A DNA stretch of 64,000 nt from an uncultured Chloroflexia bacterium. GTDB taxonomy: Bacteria; Chloroflexota; Anaerolineae; Anaerolineales; UBA4823. Every line of letters begins with the position of its first letter. Positions within the stretch are counted from its first letter, which is position 1. The translations under genes were made by a program, and so were the position numbers. Positions 1 to 9,603 of the stretch are shown one piece after another. Location of the stretch: NCBI GenBank assembly GCA_963702535.1, contig CAVPDG010000025.1, positions 237,315 through 301,314 on the forward strand. The letters run 5' to 3'. The notes below the pieces were generated by a model. The model made no database searches. It had not been told where the DNA came from and saw nothing but the letters and a program-made list of their open reading frames with translations.

Positions 1-686
1 CCGGACCGATGCGCATCTCCAGGTGCAGGTGAGCAACCCCGGCGTTGCCGCTCTTGCCCACTTCGCCGATCCACTGGCAGGCGCTTACAGCGTCGCCTAA
101 CGCAACCAGCGGCGCGGCGCCCATGTGAGCATAGAGGGTGTAGAGCGATTGGTCATCCTGGATGTCGAGCTGCTCCCTCAGCTCCGGCGGCAGATCGGAT
201 GCAGGCGTCTCGATGATGACGACGTTGCCATAGGGGAAGCTACCCGAGATGGATGCAGCCACCCGCCCGCCGAAGACGGATTGGACGCCTTCGCCGAGGA
301 TGGAAGTCCGCTTACCCCGCTGGTAGTAGGAGAAATCGACCCCCTGGTGGCGAGCATCGGAGCCCATCGGCGGCGGGTTATACGGCGCCGACACAATATC
401 CGCCAGCCCGGCGAGCGAGTTCTCCTTCAGCGGCGAGCAGGGCTGGGAGAGCCGTTTGCGTGGCGGTTTGCAGGGGTGCAGGCGGCTGGGTCGGCGTTGC
501 GCTAGGCGTTGCCGGCGGCGGGGAGCGCAAGGGCGAGGATCTCGTTACCGCGGGCAAGGTCTGCTCTGCTGGAGCAGCGGTCGTGAGGCTGGGTTCGCCG
601 GTCACGGAGCCAGGCGCGGCGCCGCTGCAGGCAGCCAGCGCCAGGGAGAGAAAAAGCGCGATCAAGAGAGATTGGAGCTTGGGCAT
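1..686 (-). CDS. M23 family metallopeptidase lipoprotein (C-terminus beyond window edge; frame break near 420)
   Basis: ORF 378..686 starts MPKLQSLLIALFLSLALAAC (lipobox) followed by a Pro/Thr/Ala linker. A different minus frame from ~415 down to position 2 reads ...HQGVDFSYYQRGKRTSILGEGVQSVFGG...LYTLYAHMGAAPLVALGDAV...GKSGNAGVAHLHLEMRIGP, carrying the HxxxD and HxH motifs of LytM/M23 peptidases. There is no start codon in the catalytic frame. Confidence 0.8.
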
Positions 687-721
687 GGGAAAACGCCCTG
701 ATTATAACGCACGCCACAGGG

Positions 722-750
722 TTGCCAGAAAAGGGTGAATGGGCTATAAT
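722..750 (+). promoter_or_regulatory. sigma-70-type promoter of tRNA-Pro
   Basis: TTGCCA (722-727), 17-nt spacer, TATAAT (745-750). The tRNA 5' end lies 15 nt downstream of the -10 box. Confidence 0.55.
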
Positions 751-764
751 GTTTGCCGTTCGAC

Positions 765-840
<76 letters not shown>

Positions 841-856
841 TGGATTTCTGAAAAAA

Positions 857-911
857 CACCGGATGATGATGATGGGGCTGGCGTTGCCAGCCCCATCATC
901 ATCATCCGGTG
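857..911. terminator. perfect 26-bp hairpin downstream of tRNA-Pro (putative terminator or processing structure)
   Basis: CACCGGATGATGATGATGGGGCTGGC - GTT - GCCAGCCCCATCATCATCATCCGGTG. An A6 run precedes it, which becomes a T-run on the minus strand. No T-run follows on the plus strand. Confidence 0.45.
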
Positions 912-940
912 AGCTTATACCACAAATACATGTGTTAACG

Positions 941-979
941 AGCGAACGCCCGGGTGAGGGGGGCACCCGGGCGCTCGCT
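941..979. other. second GC-rich intergenic hairpin
   Basis: AGCGAACGCCCGGGTG - AGGGGGG - CACCCGGGCGCTCGCT. The inner 10 bp pair perfectly and the outer 5 bp pair after one A/C mismatch. No flanking T-run. Confidence 0.4.
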
Positions 980-1113
980 GATTGATATTATCATACCCCC
1001 CCTTTCCCGCAACTGGATAAATGACGTAATCGGTAACCCAGTTCATCATTGCCGCAATCTTTAATGAAATCTGAGAATTACGCTGCCAACGCCAGAGGCT
1101 GGCGAAATCCGGT

Positions 1114-1119
1114 TATAAT
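1114..1119 (+). promoter_or_regulatory. -10 box (TATAAT) placed for a leaderless or near-leaderless ldt transcript
   Basis: TATAAT at 1114-1119 lies only 9 nt (cccctaact, no Shine-Dalgarno) before the ATG at 1129. No convincing -35 box. Confidence 0.4.
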
Positions 1120-1128
1120 CCCCTAACT

Positions 1129-2203
1129 ATGGCGCCAAAACTCTCCCGACGCGGGTTTCTCAAAATCGCTGCCCTGGGGCTGGGCAGCCTGGCTTTCAGC
1201 CCGGTCTTCCCGCGCACATCCGAGTGGGAGAACGGAGAAATGGCACGCGTGACCATTTACGAGGTGGACCTGCGCAGCGAGCCGCGCGATGACGCCCCGA
1301 TCATCGGCAAGCGCTACCGCGACCAGCTTGTCCACATCTACGAAGAGATCAACTCACCCAGGGGACCCGCCTGGAACCCGCTGTGGTATCGCGTGTGGGG
1401 CGGCTACCTGCACAGCGCCTACCTGCAGCGGGTGACGCTGGACCACAACCCGGCGCTTGCGCGCCTGCCGGAGGGCGGTCAGTTGTGCGAGGTGACCGTG
1501 CCGTACACCATCGCCTACCAGCACTCACCCTGGGATGGCTGGCATCCCTGGGACGGCGCCCCACTCTACTATTCCACCACCCACTGGGCGACAGCCATCG
1601 AAGAAGGACCGGACAAACAACCCTGGTACCAGTTGACCTCGGAGATCGACGCCAACCTGAAATACCTGGTGCCGGCGATCCACCTGCGCCCGATTCCGGA
1701 TAGCGAGATCTCCCCACTCTCGCCGGACGTGCCGCCGGAGAACAAGCGCATCGAAGTCAAGCTGGGCACGCAAACGCTGACCGCTTACGAATACAACGAG
1801 CCGGTGTTCTCCACGCGCATCTCATACCGGCATCCCGAGCCGCAAGCGCTCGCCGGACGATCTGCCCACCGCCACGCCGACCGGAGACTTCCGCATCTAC
1901 TCCAAGATGCCCAACAAACACATGGGTCAGGTGAGCGGCAACCCGGACGCCGAAAATACCGGTGGTTTCTCCCTCCCGGGTGTGCCCTGGACGTGTTTCT
2001 TCGCCTTCCCGGGCGGCTACGCCTTTCACGGCACCTACTGGCACAACAACTTCGGCATCCAGATGAGCCACGGCTGTGTGAACTTGCGCAACGAAGACGC
2101 CAAATGGCTGTTCCGCTGGAGCACGCCGGTGTTCAAGACGCCTGTCGAGTTGCGCGCCGATTGGGAGCGGCGGGGGAACGGCACGCAGGTGAAGATCGGG
2201 TAA
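1129..2203 (+). CDS. L,D-transpeptidase (YkuD domain) with TAT signal; frame break near 1824
   Basis: N-terminus MAPKLSRRGFLKIAALGLGSLAF (twin-arginine SRRxFLK). YkuD catalytic motif HGTYWHNNFGIQMSHGCVNL lies in ORF 1907..2203. The junction ...FSTRIS/TGIPSRKRSPDDLPTATPTGDFRIYSKMP is restored by deleting one base near 1824. Confidence 0.85.
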
Positions 2204-2217
2204 AGCACCCACGCATC

Positions 2218-3276
2218 TTGAGCAGGTTATCCCGCCGCGAATTCCTCAAATTAGGCGCTCTGGGGGCAGGAGCGCTGTTGTTTGACCCGCCTCCCTGGAA
2301 CGAGCCGAATAGCGACGAGCCGACCATCCCGCTCGCCCGGGCGCGGGTGGCGGCGCATGCCATCTACCTTTACCGCGAGCCGTCCTTCCGCAGCCAGCGG
2401 CTGGGCATGCTCAAACGCGATGAGATCATCTCGATCCAGGAAGAGATCACTGCCTCCAACGGACCCTCCTACAATCCGCTTTGGTACCGGCTGGCGCAGG
2501 GGTACGTCCACAGCGGCTACCTGCAGCGCCTGGATGGAGCTCATTTCAACCTCCAACCCTTGAGCATCGTCGCAAAGACGGGTCAATTGGCGGAAGTTAC
2601 TGTACCGGTCACGCGGAGCTATCGCCAGGCAGGCAAGCGGCGCTGGACGCCGCTATATACGCTGTACTACCAGTCTGTGCACTGGATCACCGGAGTTGAA
2701 GAAGGGTTGGACGGCGCCCCCTGGTACCGCCTCACAGACGATGTGAACCATGTGCAGACCTTTGTGCCTGCTGCACACCTGCGTCCCATCGCCGCGGCAG
2801 AGATCAGCCCGCTGGCGCAAGATGTGCCGGCGGACGAAAAGCGTATCCGAGATTTCGATCGAGAAGACAACACCTGACCGCCTTCGAAGGCGACCGGGCG
2901 GTGTTCCAGGCGAGCGTCTCCACCGGCATGCAGAGCGAGGCGCCATCGCCCAACGGCATCCCTACCGAGACGCCCCTGGGTCACTTTCGCGTGCAGACCA
3001 AGATGCCCTCCCGCCACATGGGCGATGGCGCGGTAACGGATGATGTCGAGGCGTACGAGCTGCCGGGCGTACCCTGGGTTTGCTTCTTTCACAAAGATGG
3101 CATCGCCCTGCACGGCACGTACTGGCACAACAACTTCGGGCGGCGCATGAGCCACGGCTGCGTTAACTTGACGCATGCAAGATGCGCTGTGGATTTACCG
3201 CTGGACGACGCCAGTGATCGCCGCTGGCGAATGGTACACCCGAGACTACGGAACGCGCTTAACCATCCAGGAATAG
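2218..3276 (+). CDS. L,D-transpeptidase paralogue with TAT signal; three frame breaks (~2848, ~2868, ~3175)
   Basis: TTG at 2218 gives LSRLSRREFLKLGALGAGALL. It has the same architecture as the upstream gene (NPLWYR..GY.HS.YLQR motifs). YkuD motif HGTYWHNNFGRRMSHGCVNL lies in ORF 2901..3299. Single-base deletions restore ...KRIEISIEKQHLTAFEGDRAVFQASVSTG... and ...QDALWIYRWTTPVIAAGEWYTRDYGTRLTIQE, ending at TAG 3274-3276. Confidence 0.8.
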
Positions 3277-3283
3277 GGAGATT

Positions 3284-4408
3284 ATGGCACGCAAATTGAA
3301 TATTTACTGGTATGCAGTTACTCTCTTGGCTGTAGTTTGTACTGCCTGCAGTAGTGCGGCAGGCGTTTCAAGCATTTCGATTCCGAACACGGCAACCACC
3401 GCTCCGAGCAAGACGACCGCTCCAAGCCTCACACCCCTCCCCTCCGCTACGCCAACGCTGGCACCCAGCCAGACGCCGACCGTCACCCCCAGCCCAACGC
3501 CCACGCCTCACCCCATGAGCATCCAGGCGCTGCGGCAGATGGCATTTCCGGGCAGCGAGATCACGATAGAACAGACTCTCGAACCGGGGGACAATTACAG
3601 CCGCTATTATGCTTCTTACCTGTCGGAGGGGCTTAAAATCTACGCCCTGCTCACCGTGCCTGACGGCGAGCCGCCAGCGGGCGGCTGGCCCGCGATCGTC
3701 TTCAACCACGGCTACATCCCACCCGCCCAGTACCGCACCACCGAGCGCTATATCGCTTACGTCGATTTTCTGGCGCGGCACGGTTACATCGTTTTCCGCA
3801 TCGACTATCGCGGCCATGACCGCTCGGAGGGCGTCGCCAGCGGCGCCTACGGGAATCCAGGGTACGCCATCGACGTCCTGAACGCCGTGGCAGCCTTGAA
3901 GAGCTATCCCCTGGCGGACCCCCAGCGCATCGGCATGTGGGGACATTCCATGGGCGGCTACCTCACCCTGCGCGCCATGGTGGTTTCACCCGACGTCAAA
4001 GCCGGCGTCATCTGGGCTGGCGTGGTAGCTTCTTACCCCGATCTCCTGACCCGCTGGCGGCGGAGCAGCTCCAGCGTACCTACGCCCGTTCCTGGCGGCG
4101 GGCGTAGCTGGCGCAGCGGCTGGATAGAACAGTATGGCACGCCCGAAGAAAACCCGCAATTCTGGGCGAGCGTCTCGGCAAATACCTTCCTGGGTGATCT
4201 CTCCGGTCCGCTCCAACTGCATCACGGCACGCAGGACGAGAGTGTGCCGCTGGAGTTCTCTGAGACGTTATACCAACAGATTCAGCAAGCCGGAAAGATC
4301 GGGGAGCTGTATGTTTACGAGGGGGATAACCATAACCTGTCGGGATACTTTAGCCAGGCGATGCTGCGCACCATCGAATTTTACGACCAGTATTTAAAAG
4401 GCGAATAA
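3284..4408 (+). CDS. secreted alpha/beta hydrolase, S9 (prolyl oligopeptidase) / dienelactone-hydrolase-like
   Basis: Intact 374-aa ORF. SD GGGAG is upstream. Signal peptide is followed by a Pro/Thr/Ser linker. GHSMGG nucleophile elbow, later HGTQDESVP and GDNHNL (Asp/His candidates). Confidence 0.75.
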   Translation: MARKLNIYWYAVTLLAVVCTACSSAAGVSSISIPNTATTAPSKTTAPSLTPLPSATPTLAPSQTPTVTPSPTPTPHPMSIQALRQMAFPGSEITIEQTLEPGDNYSRYYASYLSEGLKIYALLTVPDGEPPAGGWPAIVFNHGYIPPAQYRTTERYIAYVDFLARHGYIVFRIDYRGHDRSEGVASGAYGNPGYAIDVLNAVAALKSYPLADPQRIGMWGHSMGGYLTLRAMVVSPDVKAGVIWAGVVASYPDLLTRWRRSSSSVPTPVPGGGRSWRSGWIEQYGTPEENPQFWASVSANTFLGDLSGPLQLHHGTQDESVPLEFSETLYQQIQQAGKIGELYVYEGDNHNLSGYFSQAMLRTIEFYDQYLKGE

Positions 4409-4435
4409 CTTAAGATTGGGGGAACACCGAAGAAA

Positions 4436-4468
4436 AGCTGTTGTGCTGGCGCGGTCAGCACAACAGCT
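4436..4468. terminator. rho-independent terminator between convergent genes
   Basis: AGCTGTTGTGCTG - GCGCGGT - CAGCACAACAGCT (13 bp perfect). On the minus strand it is followed by TTTTCTTCGG, so it most clearly terminates the ABC operon. Confidence 0.6.
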
Positions 4469-4498
4469 GATTACTCGGCATCAATCCCCAAAGAAAGA

Positions 4499-5339
4499 CT
4501 AACTGCCGTTAGCAACTATCAGGAACTCAGCAAGCGCCTGGCGCTGCACATCCGTCATACCGAGATGGCGAAGCATATCAGCGTCGCCTTCGACAATGCG
4601 CTTACCCAGCCCGGAGTGACGCCACATCTTCAAATCCTCCTCGACCGGCGAGCCGATGATATCTTCGCGGACGATCATGCCATCTGCCATGACGAGCACG
4701 CGGCGCGTTTGGCGTGCGACCGCCGGGTCGTGTGTGACCAGCAGGAAGGTGGTGCCCTGGCTGCGATTTAGCTCGGTGAGCAGCTTGAGCAAGATCCTGC
4801 CCGGATACGGTATCCAGGCTGCCTGTAGGCTCGTCGGCAAGCACCAGCGGCGGGTTATTTGCCAGGGCGCGCGCCACAGCCACGCGCTGGCGCTGCCCGC
4901 CCGAAAGCTGGTTGGGCAGGTGGTGCAGGCGATCCTGGAGACCGACCAGCTCGAGCAGCTCCCTGGCGCGCTTGCGCCGCTGCCGGCCGCCGAGCTGACC
5001 GATCATGGGCACTTCGACGTTCTCCAGTGCGCTCAGGGTGGGCAGCAAGTTATGGAGCTGGAAAACAAAACCCACCGTGTGGCTGCGGAAGCGGTCTTTG
5101 TTGCGGATCCTCGCCAGGTCCTGCCCGGCGACGAATACCTGCCCGCTGGTAGGTTTATCCAGGGCGCCGAGCATGTTGAGCAGGGTGCTCTTACCGCTGC
5201 CGCTGGGTCCCATCACCGCCACGAGCTCCCCGGCAGCGATGCGCAGGTTCACCGCATCCAGGGCGCGGATCTCGCTGCCGTCGCCGTAGATGCGCGTCAG
5301 CTCGCGCGTTTCTACGATCCATTGCTGTTCAGCGCCCAT
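4499..5339 (-). CDS. ABC transporter ATP-binding protein (MacB/LolD type); frame break near 4797
   Basis: ORF 4602..5339 carries Walker [10 protein letters not shown], signature LSGGQRQR and Walker [16 protein letters not shown] 4499..4840 carries the H-loop FLLVTHD and a C-terminal extension. Confidence 0.85.
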
Positions 5340-6520
5340 TATTTCACCTCGATATCGACAAATGCCGTCATACCCCAGCGCAGGTTTTCCGGGATCTCCG
5401 GCAGCTCAACCCGCACGGTATAGTTCACACCAGCGCCTTCTGCTGCTTTAGGAGCGATGCGGGTCACTTTTCCCTCCAGGGAAATCTCCGGCAAGGCATC
5501 AAAGGTGACCCACGCGATATCACCAATCTTGAGCCGCGCCACATCGATCTCGTTCAAATCGGTGGTTTCGATATGCAGCCTACCCAGGTCAGCAAGCTCC
5601 AGGACCGCCTGACCGGGAGCAACCCACTGTCCCGGCTTGACATGCACAGCCGTGATCGTTCCGGCAAACGGGGCGATCAGTTCCAGGTCGGTGAATGCCG
5701 CCTCAGCCGCTGCGAGCTGCGCTTTGGCGTTCTCAACCCTTGCTTGAGCCAGGTTGACATCTTGCGGATCGGGACCTTGCTGGCGCATCGTCTCCTCTTG
5801 CTGCGCCTTATCCAGGCTAGCTTTTGCCAGGTTCAGGTCCGCCTGGGCTTCTGCCAGGTCCAGCTCGTTGACCGAGCCGAGCAGGTTATTGAGCTTGCGC
5901 TCGGCATTGCGCACATCCTTCTCTAGCTGCGCTACGCGGCTCAGCAGACCGGCGCGCACCAGGTTATCTTCGGATTTCTTCTCGTAGGGACGATAATCCT
6001 TGCGGGCGCGTTCAAGCTTATCCCGCAATATCGCCAGGTTGGCGCTTGCTTGCTCGATATCGCGTGATGGCGTGGATGCGTTCAGGTTATCCAGGCGACG
6101 TTGCGCGTCGCGCACTGCGATGCGGGCATCCACAACCGCCTGGGAGGCTTGCGATGCCTTGAGCTCGGGGTCCTTGTAAAGCTCGTCAAGGGCATGCTGG
6201 GCAGCGGTGAGCTCCAGCCTGGCAGCCGCAATAGCCGCCTGCATTTCCTCGCGCCCTTGCAGTCGCACCAGGATTTGTCCAGAATCAACCCGCTCATTCT
6301 CCTGCACCAGCACCTCTGCAATGACCCCCGCCGTAGACAGGCTGAGCGTGGCAGAGCTCTCGGGCATAACCTTACCGGTTGCGCTGACCACAGGATTGAT
6401 CGGCTCTTCCTGGACGGGCTGCTCCGTGGGAGTCTGAGCCGCGGCGCTACAGGCAGCCAGGCAGAGACTCAGCAAGATTGTGAGCAAGAGCAGAGCGGGT
6501 AAGTGCTGTTTGTTTTTCAT
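5339..6520 (-). CDS. HlyD-family periplasmic adaptor (membrane fusion protein) lipoprotein
   Basis: 393 aa. Signal with lipobox LCLAAC, a long Ala/Glu/Leu-rich coiled-coil centre and a beta-rich C-terminus. Sits between the permease and ATPase genes. Confidence 0.8.
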   Translation of the reverse strand: MKNKQHLPALLLLTILLSLCLAACSAAAQTPTEQPVQEEPINPVVSATGKVMPESSATLSLSTAGVIAEVLVQENERVDSGQILVRLQGREEMQAAIAAARLELTAAQHALDELYKDPELKASQASQAVVDARIAVRDAQRRLDNLNASTPSRDIEQASANLAILRDKLERARKDYRPYEKKSEDNLVRAGLLSRVAQLEKDVRNAERKLNNLLGSVNELDLAEAQADLNLAKASLDKAQQEETMRQQGPDPQDVNLAQARVENAKAQLAAAEAAFTDLELIAPFAGTITAVHVKPGQWVAPGQAVLELADLGRLHIETTDLNEIDVARLKIGDIAWVTFDALPEISLEGKVTRIAPKAAEGAGVNYTVRVELPEIPENLRWGMTAFVDIEVK

Positions 6521-6546
6521 CGTCTTTACTCCTTACATTTCATGTG

Positions 6547-8787
6547 CTACTCGTAACGCAAAGCTTCAACCGGCTGCAAGCGGGTGGCGCGGTACGCAGG
6601 GTATAGACCCCCCAGCACGCCGAGGATGAGAGAGATCGCAAAAGCGCGAGCGAACACATCCCATTCCCAAACGGGAAGCAAAGCCTCGCCCAACATGGGC
6701 GCTTTCGTCATCAAGAAACCCAACCCAAGGGCGATGATGGCGCCCAGGATCGCCCCGAGCACGCCCAGCCACAAAGCTTCCTGTAAGATCAATCCCAGGA
6801 TAAGGCGTCGTCTCCAACCCAACGCGCGCAGCACGCCGATCTCGCGCGTGCGCTCGAAGACTGCCATCAGCATGGCATTCATGACACTGACCCCGCCGAC
6901 GATGATCGTCAAGAACGAGATGGCGACGATCAGGGCGTCGATCGTGCGCTTATCGGGCATCTGTTCGAAGAACTCGCCGCTCAAGGCAGCATGGACATCC
7001 GGCAGCTCCGCGTTGATCCTGTCAACCACCGCCTGCGCCTGGGAGGGATCGCGAACTTTAACCAGGTACATAGACACCTTGCGCGGGCGACCCATGGCAA
7101 CCTGAACATCACGCAGGGAGATAACGCCCCCCATCTCCTGCCAGCCGGCGTCCCCCTTGTAAATACCGACAACTTTATAGCGGCTGCCGCTCACTTCAAC
7201 CGTATCCCCTACAGACCTGTTCAGCGCCTCCGCCATCATTTCGCCCAGCATGATCTGGCGGTTGCCGGTCAGCTTTTCTCCCGCGATCATTTTGAACTGG
7301 CGGATTGCATAGTCATTGGGTGCATAGCCAAACAAGATGAAGATGGTTCCCGAATCGGGAATAACAGTCCCCGAGAATCCCATGCCGCTGGCATACGCCA
7401 CCCCCGGCATTGTAGCCAGCTTATCCCCGATCCGCTCGTCGATGGCGCTCAGCTCGGTGTCAGCCACATCCGCCTGGCGGACCATGATCTCCGCATCGGC
7501 GCTGAGACCTGCCATCATTTGCCCTACCCCACCGACGACGGCATCCAGCGCCATGATGCCTCCCACGGTAATACCGATCGCGCCCAGGGTAAGCAGGGTG
7601 CGAGCGCTGCGCTGCCACAGGCTGTTCAAAGCCATACCCCCTAAGGGCAAGCGATGGTAACCGCCGGCGCTGCCGCCTTCGTAGCGCAACGCCTCTACCG
7701 GTTGCAAGCGGGACGCCCGGTACGCCGGGTAAATACCTGCCACCAATCCCATGATCAGCACAACCGCAAATGCCTGCCCGAGCAAATCCGGCGTGATATT
7801 CGTAGTGGTGGCGCCGAAGAAGCCCACCGTTCCTGAGAAGCCGCTCAAGATGAGCCAGGCGATGCCGATCCCAAGCAGACCACCAGCGATGCAAACCAGC
7901 AAGGATTCCTGCAAGATCATGCGCATAATGCGGCGCTGGCTCCAACCCAGGGCGCGCAACACCCCGATCTCCCGCGTGCGCTCGACCACCGCCATCAACT
8001 GGGCGTTCATCATTCCAACACCGCCGATGATGATCGCCAATCCGGCAATCGCCCAAACATAACCCTTGAGCACATCTCCCATCATCATGTCATCGGAGAA
8101 GTCGCCGGTGGTTTTGAGGGAGAGACTGGGCCAGACCCTCTCCGCCCGTTTTTGAAGCCGCTCTGCCAGCGCCAGGTCTTTAAGCTGAATGTAGAACAGG
8201 CTGACCTGCCTGGGTCGCCCCAGCAGGTCCTGAGCGTCATCCAGGCTTAAGACTGCGCCGTTATCCTCCAGGGTCTCGCCCGTCTCGTAGATGCCTGCCA
8301 CCCGGTATACCTTTTCCATCAAGCGCAGCGTATCGCCGGGGTGTTTGTCCAGAACTTCCGCGGCTGCTGCACCTAACAGGACAGGCTTGCCACGCAGCTT
8401 TTGGGTCTCGTGAGAGTCAAGCGAGACGCCCTCTACAATTTGGAAGCGCTGCAGGGCGAAGCTGTTTTGCGGATAACCGTAGACGAAGAAGTATGGAACA
8501 CTCTCTGCCTGGACGAAGCCCTGCAGCATTCCACTAACCCTGGACACCTCAGACATGGCAGCCAGCTCTCTCTCTACCGATTCGTCCACTGCGCTGGTAG
8601 AGAGGTCGATGGCATCCTCCTGGCTCAGGATTAGATCTGCCTGGCTGCCGGAGATGATCGAGTTGTACCCGGCTTGCAGGCCGTTTGCCAAAGCGCCCAA
8701 GCCAACGATTGCCGCCACGCCGATGCTGATGCCGATTACGGTGAGCAGGGTGCGAACTTTACGGCGAAACAGGTTCTTCAGGATCAT
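6547..8787 (-). CDS. ABC transporter permease, duplicated FtsX/MacB-type
   Basis: 746 aa. Two repeats, each with an N-terminal TM (RKVRTLLTVIGISIGVAAIV / SARTLLTLGAIGITVGGIMAL), a large extracytoplasmic domain and three TMs. Both halves end RLQPVEALRYE. Confidence 0.85.
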   Translation of the reverse strand: MILKNLFRRKVRTLLTVIGISIGVAAIVGLGALANGLQAGYNSIISGSQADLILSQEDAIDLSTSAVDESVERELAAMSEVSRVSGMLQGFVQAESVPYFFVYGYPQNSFALQRFQIVEGVSLDSHETQKLRGKPVLLGAAAAEVLDKHPGDTLRLMEKVYRVAGIYETGETLEDNGAVLSLDDAQDLLGRPRQVSLFYIQLKDLALAERLQKRAERVWPSLSLKTTGDFSDDMMMGDVLKGYVWAIAGLAIIIGGVGMMNAQLMAVVERTREIGVLRALGWSQRRIMRMILQESLLVCIAGGLLGIGIAWLILSGFSGTVGFFGATTTNITPDLLGQAFAVVLIMGLVAGIYPAYRASRLQPVEALRYEGGSAGGYHRLPLGGMALNSLWQRSARTLLTLGAIGITVGGIMALDAVVGGVGQMMAGLSADAEIMVRQADVADTELSAIDERIGDKLATMPGVAYASGMGFSGTVIPDSGTIFILFGYAPNDYAIRQFKMIAGEKLTGNRQIMLGEMMAEALNRSVGDTVEVSGSRYKVVGIYKGDAGWQEMGGVISLRDVQVAMGRPRKVSMYLVKVRDPSQAQAVVDRINAELPDVHAALSGEFFEQMPDKRTIDALIVAISFLTIIVGGVSVMNAMLMAVFERTREIGVLRALGWRRRLILGLILQEALWLGVLGAILGAIIALGLGFLMTKAPMLGEALLPVWEWDVFARAFAISLILGVLGGLYPAYRATRLQPVEALRYE

Positions 8788-9418
8788 GGTCGTTCGTCCT
8801 GTTGGCTATCCCATCGAAAAGGATCGATGTAATCACTTCAGATAATTCTTCCCATTCGGTCGTGACCTTCGGATCGCCCAGCACTTCCAGGACGAACAAA
8901 CCAGTGGTCAGCCCGACCAGGATTCGAGAGACCAGCGCGGCATCGACGGGCTTGATCTGACCCATCTGGCTGCGCGCCTGGAGGTGACCGGTGAGCAAAC
9001 CCAGAACAGGCAATGTAAGCTGCTGGTAATAGCGCTGCCGCAGATCCGGGTTGACCAGGATTTCGGATAGCACGGATTGCAGCATCTCGCCTTTTTGCTC
9101 AACCATCTCCCGGCGATTCTCCAGCATCGCCATCAAGAAATGGCGAGCATCCACCGGCAACCCATCGGTGAGACGCAGGTCCATGCGCTGCGCATCAACC
9201 AGCAAGGTCATAATCCCCATCAGCATCTCGTCCTTGTTCTCAAAGTAGTTGTACAGCGTGCCTTCCGACACGTCCGCCGCTTCGGCGATGTCTTTCGTCG
9301 TTGTGCGGTGAAAGCCTTTCTCAGCGAACAGGCGGGCGGCAGCTTCGAGGATCAAGGTCCTGCGAGCAGCCACGCGCCGTTCCCGGCGAGAACTGGGAGG
9401 GTGGTCATCCATGAGCAA
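8759..9418 (-). CDS. TetR/AcrR family transcriptional regulator
   Basis: 219 aa. N-terminal HTH FHRTTTKDIAEAADVSEGTLYNYFENKDE. First gene of the efflux operon. Confidence 0.85.
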   Translation of the reverse strand: MLMDDHPPSSRRERRVAARRTLILEAAARLFAEKGFHRTTTKDIAEAADVSEGTLYNYFENKDEMLMGIMTLLVDAQRMDLRLTDGLPVDARHFLMAMLENRREMVEQKGEMLQSVLSEILVNPDLRQRYYQQLTLPVLGLLTGHLQARSQMGQIKPVDAALVSRILVGLTTGLFVLEVLGDPKVTTEWEELSEVITSILFDGIANRTNDHDPEEPVSP

Positions 9419-9437
9419 TCTTTCTCATACCGTAATA

Positions 9438-9471
9438 TTGAGTATTCACTCAATTATTGAGTGTACACTCA
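9438..9471. promoter_or_regulatory. two adjacent palindromic operators upstream of tetR
   Basis: TTGAGTATTCACTCAA (9438-9453) and TGAGTGTACACTCA (9458-9471) share the half-site TGAGT. They lie 20-53 nt upstream of the tetR start and overlap AT-rich -10-like hexamers on the minus strand. Confidence 0.6.
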
Positions 9472-9531
9472 TTTTATGCCGATTTTTAATTTTGTCAAGC
9501 ACCAATTGGGGAATAGAGCGATTTAATTGTA

Positions 9532-9576
9532 AAAATGGGGTGCAGCGCAGGTCTTCCCTGCCCTACACCCCATTTT
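9532..9576 (-). terminator. terminator of the cox/ctaAB operon
   Basis: AAAATGGGGTG ... CACCCCATTTT, an 11-bp stem whose 23-nt interior can pair further (GCAGG/CCTGC). On the minus strand a T-run follows, 28 nt after the ctaB stop. Confidence 0.55.
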
Positions 9577-9603
9577 CGGGGAACCTGTTTGTAGCTTACG
9601 CCA

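Noticed and set aside
3285-3300. TGGCAC-gcaaa-TTGAA overlapping the start codon of the S9 hydrolase gene.
   Set aside because: The -12 element lacks the invariant GC, and the motif lies within the ORF start (ATG GCA CGC).
6584-8062. Long antisense ORFs opposite the ABC permease (6584..7105, 6991..7644, 7751..8062). Similar shadow ORFs lie opposite ctaD, the AAA+ activator (31850..32539), FtsZ and the TPR genes.
   Set aside because: They have a GC-rich, Arg/Pro/Ala-rich low-complexity composition and lie fully inside strongly supported genes on the other strand. These are typical shadow ORFs.
8864-8875. The 10-mer CTTCGGATCG, identical to the tRNA-Arg-like breakpoint, recurs inside the tetR gene and could be an att repeat.
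   Set aside because: It is a single short match inside a conserved coding region 46 kb away. It is compatible with chance and has no island features between the two copies.
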